Positions 36,782 to 44,766 of a DNA stretch of 64,000 nt are shown piece by piece. Numbering within the stretch: the stretch's first letter is position 1; every line of letters starts with the position of its first letter. The DNA comes from Actinomycetes bacterium. GTDB lineage: Bacteria > Actinomycetota > Acidimicrobiia > Acidimicrobiales > JAMCPL01. The position numbers and the translations under genes are program-made. The stretch spans positions 143,557 to 207,556 of the forward strand of contig JAKBVZ010000035.1 of assembly GCA_021841005.1 (NCBI GenBank), written 5' to 3'. The notes beneath the pieces are model-generated. The model did no database searches, was not told where the DNA came from, and saw only the letters and a list, made by a program, of their open reading frames with translations.

Positions 36782-38314
36782 ATGAAACGTTCACATATGG
36801 TCTCGCTGGCGGGTGCGATAATTGTCGCGCTGGTGGCGTTCAGTGCGGTGCTCGCGGCAGGCTGGTCGCCAAAGCTAGGCCTTGACCTTGCAGGTGGCGA
36901 GGAGGTGGTTTATAGACCTGCACATGCCGTACCGGGCAACTACATGACTGAATCTGTCAATATCATCAACAGCCGTATAGACGGACTTGGTATCTCGGGA
37001 GCCAATGTAGGTACGCAGGGCGGCGATATCGTGGCGGAACTGCCCGGAGTAAAAAACCCACAGCAGGTGATCAATACGATAGGCGAGACCGCCCAGCTCT
37101 ATTTCCGCCCGGCGCTCTGCGAGGCCCCTCCTTACACCAAGCCTACCGCTGCAAAAGGGAAGGCTGCTCCCTCCTCGCCGGGTCCACTCCCTACAAGCTG
37201 CCCCTCTGCCGACCAGCTGACTGCAGCGAATCTTGGCGTCAAGGCGAGTTCTTCGTCGACCAGTGGTATCTCCGAGAATCCAGTACCGGCTGATGTCGCC
37301 CTGGCAAGCTACCCGTCCACCCCGGTGAGCCAGGACAAGCCCTCTTCGTACGTGCTACTGCCTACCTCGTCCTCTTCGGGACAGCCTGGTGTACGTTACC
37401 TTCTCGGTCCTGCGCAGGTGACCGGTAAGGCTCTCTCGGGAGCATCTGCATCATTCATCCCGGGGACCGGATGGGTGGTCAATTATTCCTTGAACTCGGC
37501 TGGTGCTGTTGCATGGGACAAGCTGGCGCAAGAGCAGTTCCATGCAATAGTGGCGATCGATATGGACGGGCAGGTCGTGTCGGCACCGATCATCCAACCC
37601 ACCCAGTCCTCCTTCACATCGTTTGGAGGTAGTGGCCAGATCAGCGGCAACTTCACCCATGCGAGCGCGCAGAGCCTTGCGCTGGTGCTCCAATACGGCT
37701 CGCTGCCGGTACCTCTGCACAGGATCACTACGGAGACGGTGTCTGCCACTCTCGGGCACTCGTCACTCAAGGCTGGCCTACTTGCAGGGTTTGCCGGGCT
37801 GCTTCTCGTGCTGTTGTACATGATCTTCTACTACCGTGTCCTTGGCGTGGTGGTCCTTGCTGGGTTGGCGGTGACTGCAGCGCTGCTCTGGGCCATTGTC
37901 TCGATATTCAGCCATATAAGCGGGCTTACGCTTGACCTGGCGGGAGTGACCGGTCTGATTGTTTCTGTGGGTATCACTGTCGATTCTTACGTGGTGTATT
38001 TCGAACGCCTGAAGGATGAAGCGCGTTCGGGTCGATCCATCAGGACGGGAGTGGAGAAGGGATTCCAGAATGCATTCAGGACTGTGCTGGCCGCGGACCT
38101 GGTATCATTGCTTGCGGCGGCACTGTTGTGGTTCCTGGCGATCGGAACCGTAAAGGGTTTTGCATTTTTCCTCGGTCTCTCCACCCTTCTGGACATATTC
38201 ACCACTTACTTCTTTACGCGACCACTGGTCATCATGCTGGGTCGCAGCAGCGCGGTTACTGATGCACGGGTCATCGGGGTCTCCAGTGGTTTGGCGGTGG
38301 AGTCACAGGCGTGA
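36782..38314 (+). CDS. secD: Protein translocase subunit SecD
   Basis: LGLDLAGG near the N-terminus and a C-terminal six-TM SecD/F domain (ITVDSYVVYFERLKDE...). Confidence 0.9.
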   Translation: MKRSHMVSLAGAIIVALVAFSAVLAAGWSPKLGLDLAGGEEVVYRPAHAVPGNYMTESVNIINSRIDGLGISGANVGTQGGDIVAELPGVKNPQQVINTIGETAQLYFRPALCEAPPYTKPTAAKGKAAPSSPGPLPTSCPSADQLTAANLGVKASSSSTSGISENPVPADVALASYPSTPVSQDKPSSYVLLPTSSSSGQPGVRYLLGPAQVTGKALSGASASFIPGTGWVVNYSLNSAGAVAWDKLAQEQFHAIVAIDMDGQVVSAPIIQPTQSSFTSFGGSGQISGNFTHASAQSLALVLQYGSLPVPLHRITTETVSATLGHSSLKAGLLAGFAGLLLVLLYMIFYYRVLGVVVLAGLAVTAALLWAIVSIFSHISGLTLDLAGVTGLIVSVGITVDSYVVYFERLKDEARSGRSIRTGVEKGFQNAFRTVLAADLVSLLAAALLWFLAIGTVKGFAFFLGLSTLLDIFTTYFFTRPLVIMLGRSSAVTDARVIGVSSGLAVESQA

Positions 38315-38345
38315 TGGATGGTATGAGTTGACTACGACGAGTGAT

Positions 38346-40046
38346 ATGGCACTAGACGATACAGGCGTACTTGGCAACGGCAAGTTGCCAGAGAAACGCC
38401 ATAATCCTTTGGTAAGGTTGTACCGGGGAGAGACGCACTTTGACTTTGTCGGTCGCAGGCGGTGGTGGTACCTGATCTCCATCCTGGTCATACTGGCCGG
38501 GCTGGTCTCCCTTGGGGTGAGGGGGCTCAATTTTGGAATTGAGTTCCGTGGTGGCACTTCGTGGGAGGTAACCGCTCCAGGAGCGACCGTGCCGCAGGTG
38601 CGCGCAGCAATGTCGGCTGCCGGCCTCACGCAGCCCATTGTCGAGATACTGGGTGGACGTACCGTAGAGGTACAGGCAGACCTGCTCGGGATGCCTGCCG
38701 CTCGTGCCGCTAAGATAAAGACAGCCGTTCAGGATGCAATGGGCAAGATCGGTCACATCTCTCCTGCTGCGGTGTCCATCAACGATGTCGGTCCGACCTG
38801 GGGTGGCCAGGTAACCCAGAAGGCGCTTATAGCGCTTATCGCGTTCTTCGTCGGGGTGGTGATCTACATATCGTTCAGGTTCGAGTGGAAGATGGCCATC
38901 GCAGCGCTCATAGCGGTATTCCATGATCTCCTCGTTGTAGTAGGAGTATATTCACTTACGGGTTTCCAGGTTACTCCTGACACGGCCATAGCGGTACTCA
39001 CCATCCTTGGTTACTCGTTGTACGATACTGTTGTGGTATTTGATCGCGTGGGCGAGAATACAAAGGGACTTGGAGCATCCGGCAGGATGACCTATGAGAG
39101 CGTTGTCAATCTGTCGATGAACCAGGTTCTGGCCAGGTCCGTCAACACTTCTCTTGTTGCAATATTGCCGGTACTGTCGGTGCTGGTGATCGGTGCGCAA
39201 GTGCTGGGGGCTACGACACTCCAGAGTTTTGGGCTTGCACTGGTGATCGGGCTCACTTCGGGGGCATACTCCTCCATCTTCATCGCTTCGCCCGTGCTGG
39301 CAACTTTGAAGGAGAAGGAGCCCCGTTACAGGACGATACGGGCGAAGCTCGAAGCTCGCCTGGATCGCATCGAGCTATTGACGCCAAAAGAGGCCGCCCT
39401 GCTGCGGACGGGCGGAGGCACGTCCTCGTCGGACAGGGCGGCAAGGAGTACCTCTGGGAGGGCTTCTGCTCGTAATAGGGGGCGTGCTCCGGCCAGAGCC
39501 GGCAGGCCAGGTAGCCGGCAGGCGCGTGTCGAGGACACGGAGGATCTGATCAGGCCGACCGGAATATCGAAAGACAGCCATCTGGAAGCGGAGAACGCCA
39601 AGCTTCGTGCCGAGCTGGAGGCGATGCGGGCGGCCATGAGTGGTTCTGGTGATGCAGGTGATGCAGTGGCGGGCGAGGGAACGCCTGCCGGCACAGGTGA
39701 CGGTGGTGCAGCGTCCTCCCGTGGCGCTGGCACTATCCGCCGTGGCGGTAGGCCTCGAAGTGCGTCCAGCACCGGCGATATTGCCAATGGGTCCGACGGA
39801 GTTGCCGGTGTGGTATCAGCCGGTACCGGCAAGGCGGTACCGGCTGATGAAGAGGCAGGAACCCTGGAATCATCTCTTGGCGCCGGCAACAGGGAAGTTG
39901 ATGTCCCTGGTGAGGAAGGGACGGCAGTCCCGTCTCGTCCAGCGGCAGGCACCAAGCAGCCGGTAGCATCGGCATCGGCATCATCGAGTGCCCGGCACAG
40001 CGCGAATCGCAACAGGTCACGCAAGAAGGGCACCCGCAGGCGCTGA
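38346..40046 (+). CDS. secF: Protein translocase subunit SecF with an Ala/Arg/Gly-rich extension of about 250 aa
   Basis: FDFVGRRRWWYLISILVILAG...LNFGIEFRGGT SecF N-terminus. ATG 38346 was chosen. The ORF-track start 38160 overlaps secD. Confidence 0.85.
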   Translation: MALDDTGVLGNGKLPEKRHNPLVRLYRGETHFDFVGRRRWWYLISILVILAGLVSLGVRGLNFGIEFRGGTSWEVTAPGATVPQVRAAMSAAGLTQPIVEILGGRTVEVQADLLGMPAARAAKIKTAVQDAMGKIGHISPAAVSINDVGPTWGGQVTQKALIALIAFFVGVVIYISFRFEWKMAIAALIAVFHDLLVVVGVYSLTGFQVTPDTAIAVLTILGYSLYDTVVVFDRVGENTKGLGASGRMTYESVVNLSMNQVLARSVNTSLVAILPVLSVLVIGAQVLGATTLQSFGLALVIGLTSGAYSSIFIASPVLATLKEKEPRYRTIRAKLEARLDRIELLTPKEAALLRTGGGTSSSDRAARSTSGRASARNRGRAPARAGRPGSRQARVEDTEDLIRPTGISKDSHLEAENAKLRAELEAMRAAMSGSGDAGDAVAGEGTPAGTGDGGAASSRGAGTIRRGGRPRSASSTGDIANGSDGVAGVVSAGTGKAVPADEEAGTLESSLGAGNREVDVPGEEGTAVPSRPAAGTKQPVASASASSSARHSANRNRSRKKGTRRR

Positions 40047-40070
40047 GGCCGCCGCCCGATCGCTCGCCTC

Positions 40071-41312
40071 TTAGCGCTCTGGCAACCAGCGCCCTCCTGC
40101 CATGACAGCAGTCACATTGAAGTCTGTGTCGCAGATGATCATGTTGGCAACCAGCCCTACCTCGAGCTTGCCGCACGTCTTGTCCAGTCCAGCAAGCTGC
40201 GCCGGCGTTGCCGTAGCTGCAGCTACGGCGTCTTCGGCAGCAAGCCCGGCTTCCACTATGGCCCACCGTAGTCCTGCACCTACCGTGATCGTACTGCCTG
40301 CAATCGTGCCTCCGCCACCTGCACCACCGGACGCTTCCTTGCTCGGCGCACCACCACCGGCTTCACCCGCACCACCACCGGCGCCTTTGGCTGCAGGCCC
40401 CTTACCGGCGAGCCGGGAAATCCTCGAGCGTACCTCTATGGCCTGCCCACCGAGATAGTAATTGCCATCCGGCATGCCTGCTGCGGGAATCGCATCGCTT
40501 ACCAGTGCCACCCGGGATGCCCCGGCAATGGCGATCACCATACGAACTACCGCTGGATCGACATGGATGCCGTCGGCAATGAGTTCGCAACATACCTCGG
40601 GGCGTTCTAAGGCTGCGACGATAGGTCCGGGATCACGATGGTGGATGGGACGCATGCCGTTGAAGAGGTGGGTGGCTACGCGGGCGCCGGCATCTACTGC
40701 AGCCATTGCCTGTGAGTAGGTGGCATCAGTATGACCTATCGCTGGAATGGCTCCTGCACTGGCCACTTGGCGTATGAGATCGAGCGCTCCTGGCAGCTCG
40801 GGTGCTACGGTCACCATGCGTACCGCGTCTCGTCCAGCTTCCAGTAGCCGATCCATGATATGGTGGTCCGGCAATAGTAGCGTATCGGAGTTTTGCGCTC
40901 CGCAACGGTCCTTTGCGAGGAAAGGGCCTTCCAAGTGGATGCCAGCTACCAGCCTGTCGTTGACGAGGTCTGCCAGGATGCCAAGAGATAGGAGCAGGTC
41001 GTCAAGGGGCGCGCTCACTAGACTGGCCCAGAGTGTGGTGCTTCCATGCTCCCGATGAAATAATGCGGCGGATTCCACCTCTCGGGGGTCGTGGCTCGAG
41101 AATGAGTTGCCTCCACCGCCGTGGCAGTGGATGTCGACTAATCCTGGCAAAACCCAGTACCCGTCAATATCCATGATGCTTTCATCGGGTCCTGGCGGCC
41201 CCGGGTCACCTATCCCGGTGCCGGTTATCAGAGCGTCGTGTACCCGGATCCATCCTGGTTCCAGTATGCCTGACGGGCTGACCACTTTTGCGCCGGATAA
41301 GAGAGTGTCCAT
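40071..41312 (-). CDS. nagA: N-acetylglucosamine-6-phosphate deacetylase
   Basis: GLVDIHCHGGGG, HLEGPFL, GHTDATY, and THLFNGM motifs. Contains a Gly/Ala-rich insertion near the C-terminal third. Confidence 0.85.
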   Translation of the reverse strand: MDTLLSGAKVVSPSGILEPGWIRVHDALITGTGIGDPGPPGPDESIMDIDGYWVLPGLVDIHCHGGGGNSFSSHDPREVESAALFHREHGSTTLWASLVSAPLDDLLLSLGILADLVNDRLVAGIHLEGPFLAKDRCGAQNSDTLLLPDHHIMDRLLEAGRDAVRMVTVAPELPGALDLIRQVASAGAIPAIGHTDATYSQAMAAVDAGARVATHLFNGMRPIHHRDPGPIVAALERPEVCCELIADGIHVDPAVVRMVIAIAGASRVALVSDAIPAAGMPDGNYYLGGQAIEVRSRISRLAGKGPAAKGAGGGAGEAGGGAPSKEASGGAGGGGTIAGSTITVGAGLRWAIVEAGLAAEDAVAAATATPAQLAGLDKTCGKLEVGLVANMIICDTDFNVTAVMAGGRWLPER

Positions 41313-41413
41313 TGCTTCTCAATGCTAGTGCGGCATTCGCAGGTATTTGAAATCATTGCGGAGCTATACTTGTATTAATGCATGTGGCCGCAGGCAGCGT
41401 TTGCCGGCGCCGG

Positions 41414-41860
41414 TCAATGGGTGATCCTGCGTCCACTGACAATTTTTGGGGTGATGGCTACCATGTGGGTTTTCATGCCTCCCGACCATGGATGGAGGCC
41501 ACTGGTCATTGCCCTGTCCTCCAAGATTGAGTCATCCACGACTTCAGCAGATCCTATTACTAGAACGCTCCACCCTTCTTCTTTGTCGTAATCAATCTGG
41601 TCCACTTCAAATGCAACCACCGAATGCCTGAATGCAGCGTCGAGCTTAGTACCGGGATCGGTTCTGAAGAGGATGCAACCATCCAGGTCCGGGCCCAAGT
41701 TCATGTAGATGTAATTGACGGGCAGTATGATGGGAAGGGCATCAAGGGTAATCCCAATCCTCCCGACGCCGACACTTTTTAGCAGGTCAATACAATTGCG
41801 CTCGTCTATTACGTGGATTGCACCCTGAGTTCTGATCAGCAGGTCATTGGCGAGCAGCAT
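41414..41860 (-). CDS. Pyridoxamine 5'-phosphate oxidase-related FMN/F420-binding family protein
   Basis: CIDLLKSVGVGRIGITLDALPIILPVNY...WSVLVIGSAEVV pattern of the split beta-barrel PNPOx-like family. Confidence 0.7.
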   Translation of the reverse strand: MLLANDLLIRTQGAIHVIDERNCIDLLKSVGVGRIGITLDALPIILPVNYIYMNLGPDLDGCILFRTDPGTKLDAAFRHSVVAFEVDQIDYDKEEGWSVLVIGSAEVVDDSILEDRAMTSGLHPWSGGMKTHMVAITPKIVSGRRITH

Positions 41861-42218
41861 GTCAGTGACCTATCCGGACACCGGAAACCGGATCAAGTCG
41901 CAGGATAGGGGTGATCACTGCGGCGCCGACCGGACTCTAAATAGTTCTGACTCGATAACTGCACATTCCACTACAAAGTAGCTTTACGCTTATGGTTGGA
42001 CGTTGCATAGGGAATAAGGTCACCTTATGAAGCCGGATCTGTGTATCATCTTGTGGACCGTTCCCGCTAAGTGCCTATAAGTGACGCCTGATGGCACGGT
42101 TGGTCACTGTCGACAAAATCTCAGTGGCACTGTCCTGGTGGCAGGTCCTGACACGGCATGGCGGATGTGCTAACATTATATCAAACGTCCGGGCGTGCTC
42201 GACTGTAAGCATTATGTC

Positions 42219-42250
42219 GAAGCGTGGGTTTCCACCCACGCTTCTTTTAT
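42219..42250 (+). terminator. Intrinsic terminator-like hairpin in the rimP-nusA leader
   Basis: GAAGCGTGGGT-TTCC-ACCCACGCTTC (11-bp perfect stem, tetraloop) followed by TTTTAT. No annotated plus-strand gene lies upstream of it. It is 112 nt before the rimP ATG. Confidence 0.7.
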
Positions 42251-42361
42251 GGCCGTGTTCCTGGACGGGTTGATTGGCTGTTGCCTGCTGGCCACAATAC
42301 GCGTGCATGGCGTGCAGGCCGTCAGATGGCAGGTATTGAATAGTTGGAGGAGGTGAATTGG

Positions 42362-43018
42362 ATGGGCGAGGATTTCGAGTACGGATTGGCACAGGCTGCA
42401 AGGTCTATGGGCTTGACCATATATGGCATCGATCGTAAGTACGGCCTCTTTCGTGTTGCCGTTGACAGACCGGGTGGAGTGGATCTCGAAGACCTGGAAA
42501 TTGCTTCTCGTGTCTTCTCTGACCTGCTCGACTCCCAGGACTCCGTGCCAGGAGGCCGGTACGTTCTCGAAGTTTCCAGCCCAGGTGCTGAGCGCGATAT
42601 CTGCAACACGCAACAGGCTGCCTGTGCAGTCGGGTTATGTGTAAGCGTCAAGTTTCGTAAAGCATCATACGGGCAGCGGGAGATGCCGGGTAACGGCAGC
42701 GATGGCGAGGGCACAGAGATATCCGGCAGGTTGGTCGCCGTGGATGATGAGCGGTTGTTGGTCCAGTTGACTGAACGTGGTACCAACCTTGATGTGGACG
42801 AGAATGGCTGTGCCTGGGTGGCTCTGGGGGATAATGTATCGGTGCGTACTGTTCTTGAATGGGATGGCGATTCTGGAGTACCCGGTAAGCGAGTACGAGG
42901 ACGGGACATCAAAGGCCGTGCGCCAGGGGTACCCGATTCGACGTCCAGAACCGGGGGAAGCAGGATTGGCCGTTCGAAAGCGAGGCGTCGAGGGCGGGCG
43001 GAAAAGGTGAAAGGGTAG
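42362..43018 (+). CDS. rimP: Ribosome maturation factor RimP with an Arg-rich C-terminal tail
   Basis: YGLFRVAVDRPGGVDLEDLEIASRVFSDLLD...LEVSSPGAERDI motifs. GGAGGAGGTGA SD lies 5 nt before ATG 42362. Confidence 0.85.
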   Translation: MGEDFEYGLAQAARSMGLTIYGIDRKYGLFRVAVDRPGGVDLEDLEIASRVFSDLLDSQDSVPGGRYVLEVSSPGAERDICNTQQAACAVGLCVSVKFRKASYGQREMPGNGSDGEGTEISGRLVAVDDERLLVQLTERGTNLDVDENGCAWVALGDNVSVRTVLEWDGDSGVPGKRVRGRDIKGRAPGVPDSTSRTGGSRIGRSKARRRGRAEKVKG

Positions 43019-43129
43019 TGGACGTGTGCATGCCGGGAAGTTCCAATATTGCCGTGCGTGGCTGCCAAAAATGCGGGATGAGAATAGCATGTCTAACGTG
43101 CATGTGGTTGAGAATCGCGAGGTGGTGAA

Positions 43130-44488
43130 GTGAAGAACAATTTCGAGTTCATGGATGCATTAGGACAGCTGGCGCGGGAAAAGGGGATTCCGGTGGACAC
43201 ACTGCTGGAGGCACTTGCAAACGCGCTGGTGGCGGCGTATAAGAGACGGCCAGGTGCAGCGGAAGAAGCCGTAGTGACCATCGATTCGGAGACTGGTGAG
43301 ATCAAGGTGTACGGCCAGGAGCTGGATGACGAGGGTGACGTGATCAGGGAATGGGACGATACACCTGAGGATTTTGGTAGGATAGCTGCTCAGACAGCTA
43401 AGCAGGTGATCGCTCAGAGGATCAGAGAAGTCGAACGTGAGCAGAAGTACGATGAGTATGCCGGACGTGAAGGCGATATTGTCACGGGTATCGTTCAGCA
43501 GAGTGACAGCCGGCTTACGCTACTGGATTTGGGCAAGGTGGAGGCGCTGCTTCCTCCGGCAGAACAGGTGCCGTTCGAGCGGTATGATCATGGCGCCAGG
43601 GTCAAGGCGTATATCGTCGAAGTGCGTAGGACATCTAAGGGTCCTCAGATAGTGGTAAGTCGTTCCCATCCCGGCTTGGTGAAAAAACTGTTCGAGTTGG
43701 AGGTGCCGGAAATACTGTCCGGGGTGGTGGAGATCAGGGCGATGGCGCGGGAACCTGGTCATAGAACCAAGGTTGCCGTATCGTCGAATGACCCCAATGT
43801 GGATGCAGTGGGGTCATGTGTCGGAACCAGGGGTTCACGTGTAAGGATGATCATCAACGAGTTGCATGGTGAGCGGATAGATGTCGTCCCATACTCCGAA
43901 GATCCACACAAGTTTATCGAGGCGGCCCTGCAGCCTGCTCGTATCCGCGAGATTCGCCTGCAGGAAGATGAGGGGCTTGCTGTGGTGGTCGTGAATGATC
44001 ATCAGTTGTCACTGGCTATCGGCAAGGAGGGGCAGAACGCCAGGTTGGCGGCTCGATTGACTGGTTGGCGTATAGATATAAGAAGTGAATCCGATATGTT
44101 TCGTCAGCCACTGGTTGAAGGCGAATGGGCTGAGGGGGAGTGGGTGGAAACCGAGTCAGGCGAGATGGTCTGGCGCCCGGCGGAAGGCGGGGAGACGATT
44201 TCGGCAGAAGAGTGGAATATCGCAGCCGAGAGCAGCCGGAACGGTGGTGATGACAAAGCTGGTGATGACAAAGCTGGTGATGATCGACCTGCGGCAGTGC
44301 ATTATCAGGACGGAGAGGAAGGGGCGGGTGGTGACATGCCCGCAGGTAAAACAGGTGAATTGGGTGAGAATGTTGCGGAAGACAAAGAAAAAGATCGTCT
44401 GACACAAGGCTCCCCGGATGTGGCCGGCAACGAGACAGGCGAAGTCCGTCAGACCGCCGAGGCTGGTAGTGGAGGGCAGTCCGTATAG
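43130..44488 (+). CDS. nusA: Transcription termination/antitermination factor NusA with an acidic repeat tail
   Basis: N-terminal domain LGQLAREKGIPVDTLLEAL, S1 domain (GDIVTGIV), and KH domains (IGKEGQNARLAARLTGWRIDI). Confidence 0.92.
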   Translation: MKNNFEFMDALGQLAREKGIPVDTLLEALANALVAAYKRRPGAAEEAVVTIDSETGEIKVYGQELDDEGDVIREWDDTPEDFGRIAAQTAKQVIAQRIREVEREQKYDEYAGREGDIVTGIVQQSDSRLTLLDLGKVEALLPPAEQVPFERYDHGARVKAYIVEVRRTSKGPQIVVSRSHPGLVKKLFELEVPEILSGVVEIRAMAREPGHRTKVAVSSNDPNVDAVGSCVGTRGSRVRMIINELHGERIDVVPYSEDPHKFIEAALQPARIREIRLQEDEGLAVVVVNDHQLSLAIGKEGQNARLAARLTGWRIDIRSESDMFRQPLVEGEWAEGEWVETESGEMVWRPAEGGETISAEEWNIAAESSRNGGDDKAGDDKAGDDRPAAVHYQDGEEGAGGDMPAGKTGELGENVAEDKEKDRLTQGSPDVAGNETGEVRQTAEAGSGGQSV

Positions 44489-44550
44489 TCTCCCTAGAGC
44501 CGGTACGTACATGCATAGGCTGTAAACAGCGCCTTGGTCAACGAAAACTC

Positions 44551-44766
44551 GTGAGAATGGTGTTGCTGGAGGAGGGTAGTATAGGTATTGGGGTGTCGTC
44601 GTGCGGTCGAGGAGCATGGCTGTGTACCGGATCGGTTGAGTGTATTGAGCTTGCAGTACGTGCAAAGGCTTTTGGAAGGGCATTTCGTAAAGATGTTTCG
44701 GTGGAGACGGTCGAGAGAGTGAGAGAGTCGATATTGGATTACAATAGGAGAGCTAGTGGCCGGTAA
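44551..44766 (+). CDS. YlxR/DUF448-like RNA-binding protein (coordinates from first canonical start; homology continues upstream)
   Basis: GRGAWLC...AFGRAFR is the YlxR C-terminal pattern. The conserved N-terminal RTCIGCKQR...KLVRMV is encoded in the same frame at about 44506-44560, upstream of any ATG/GTG/TTG. Confidence 0.6.
   Translation: MRMVLLEEGSIGIGVSSCGRGAWLCTGSVECIELAVRAKAFGRAFRKDVSVETVERVRESILDYNRRASGR

Noticed and set aside
38160-38345. ORF-track start of SecF inside secD
   Set aside because: It overlaps the secD 3' end. The SecF homology begins after ATG 38346.
39326-40033. 235-aa Ala/Pro/Ser-rich ORF antisense to the SecF tail
   Set aside because: It mirrors a low-complexity GC-rich region, has no start context and no motifs.
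41861-42218. Known structured RNA (SRP/4.5S, 6S, RNase P, tRNA-Met as in E. coli metY) upstream of rimP
   Set aside because: No GGAAGCAGCC-type SRP motif, no RNase P GAGGAAAGTCC box, and no cloverleaf found by eye. The region is kept only as an unassigned leader or sRNA candidate.
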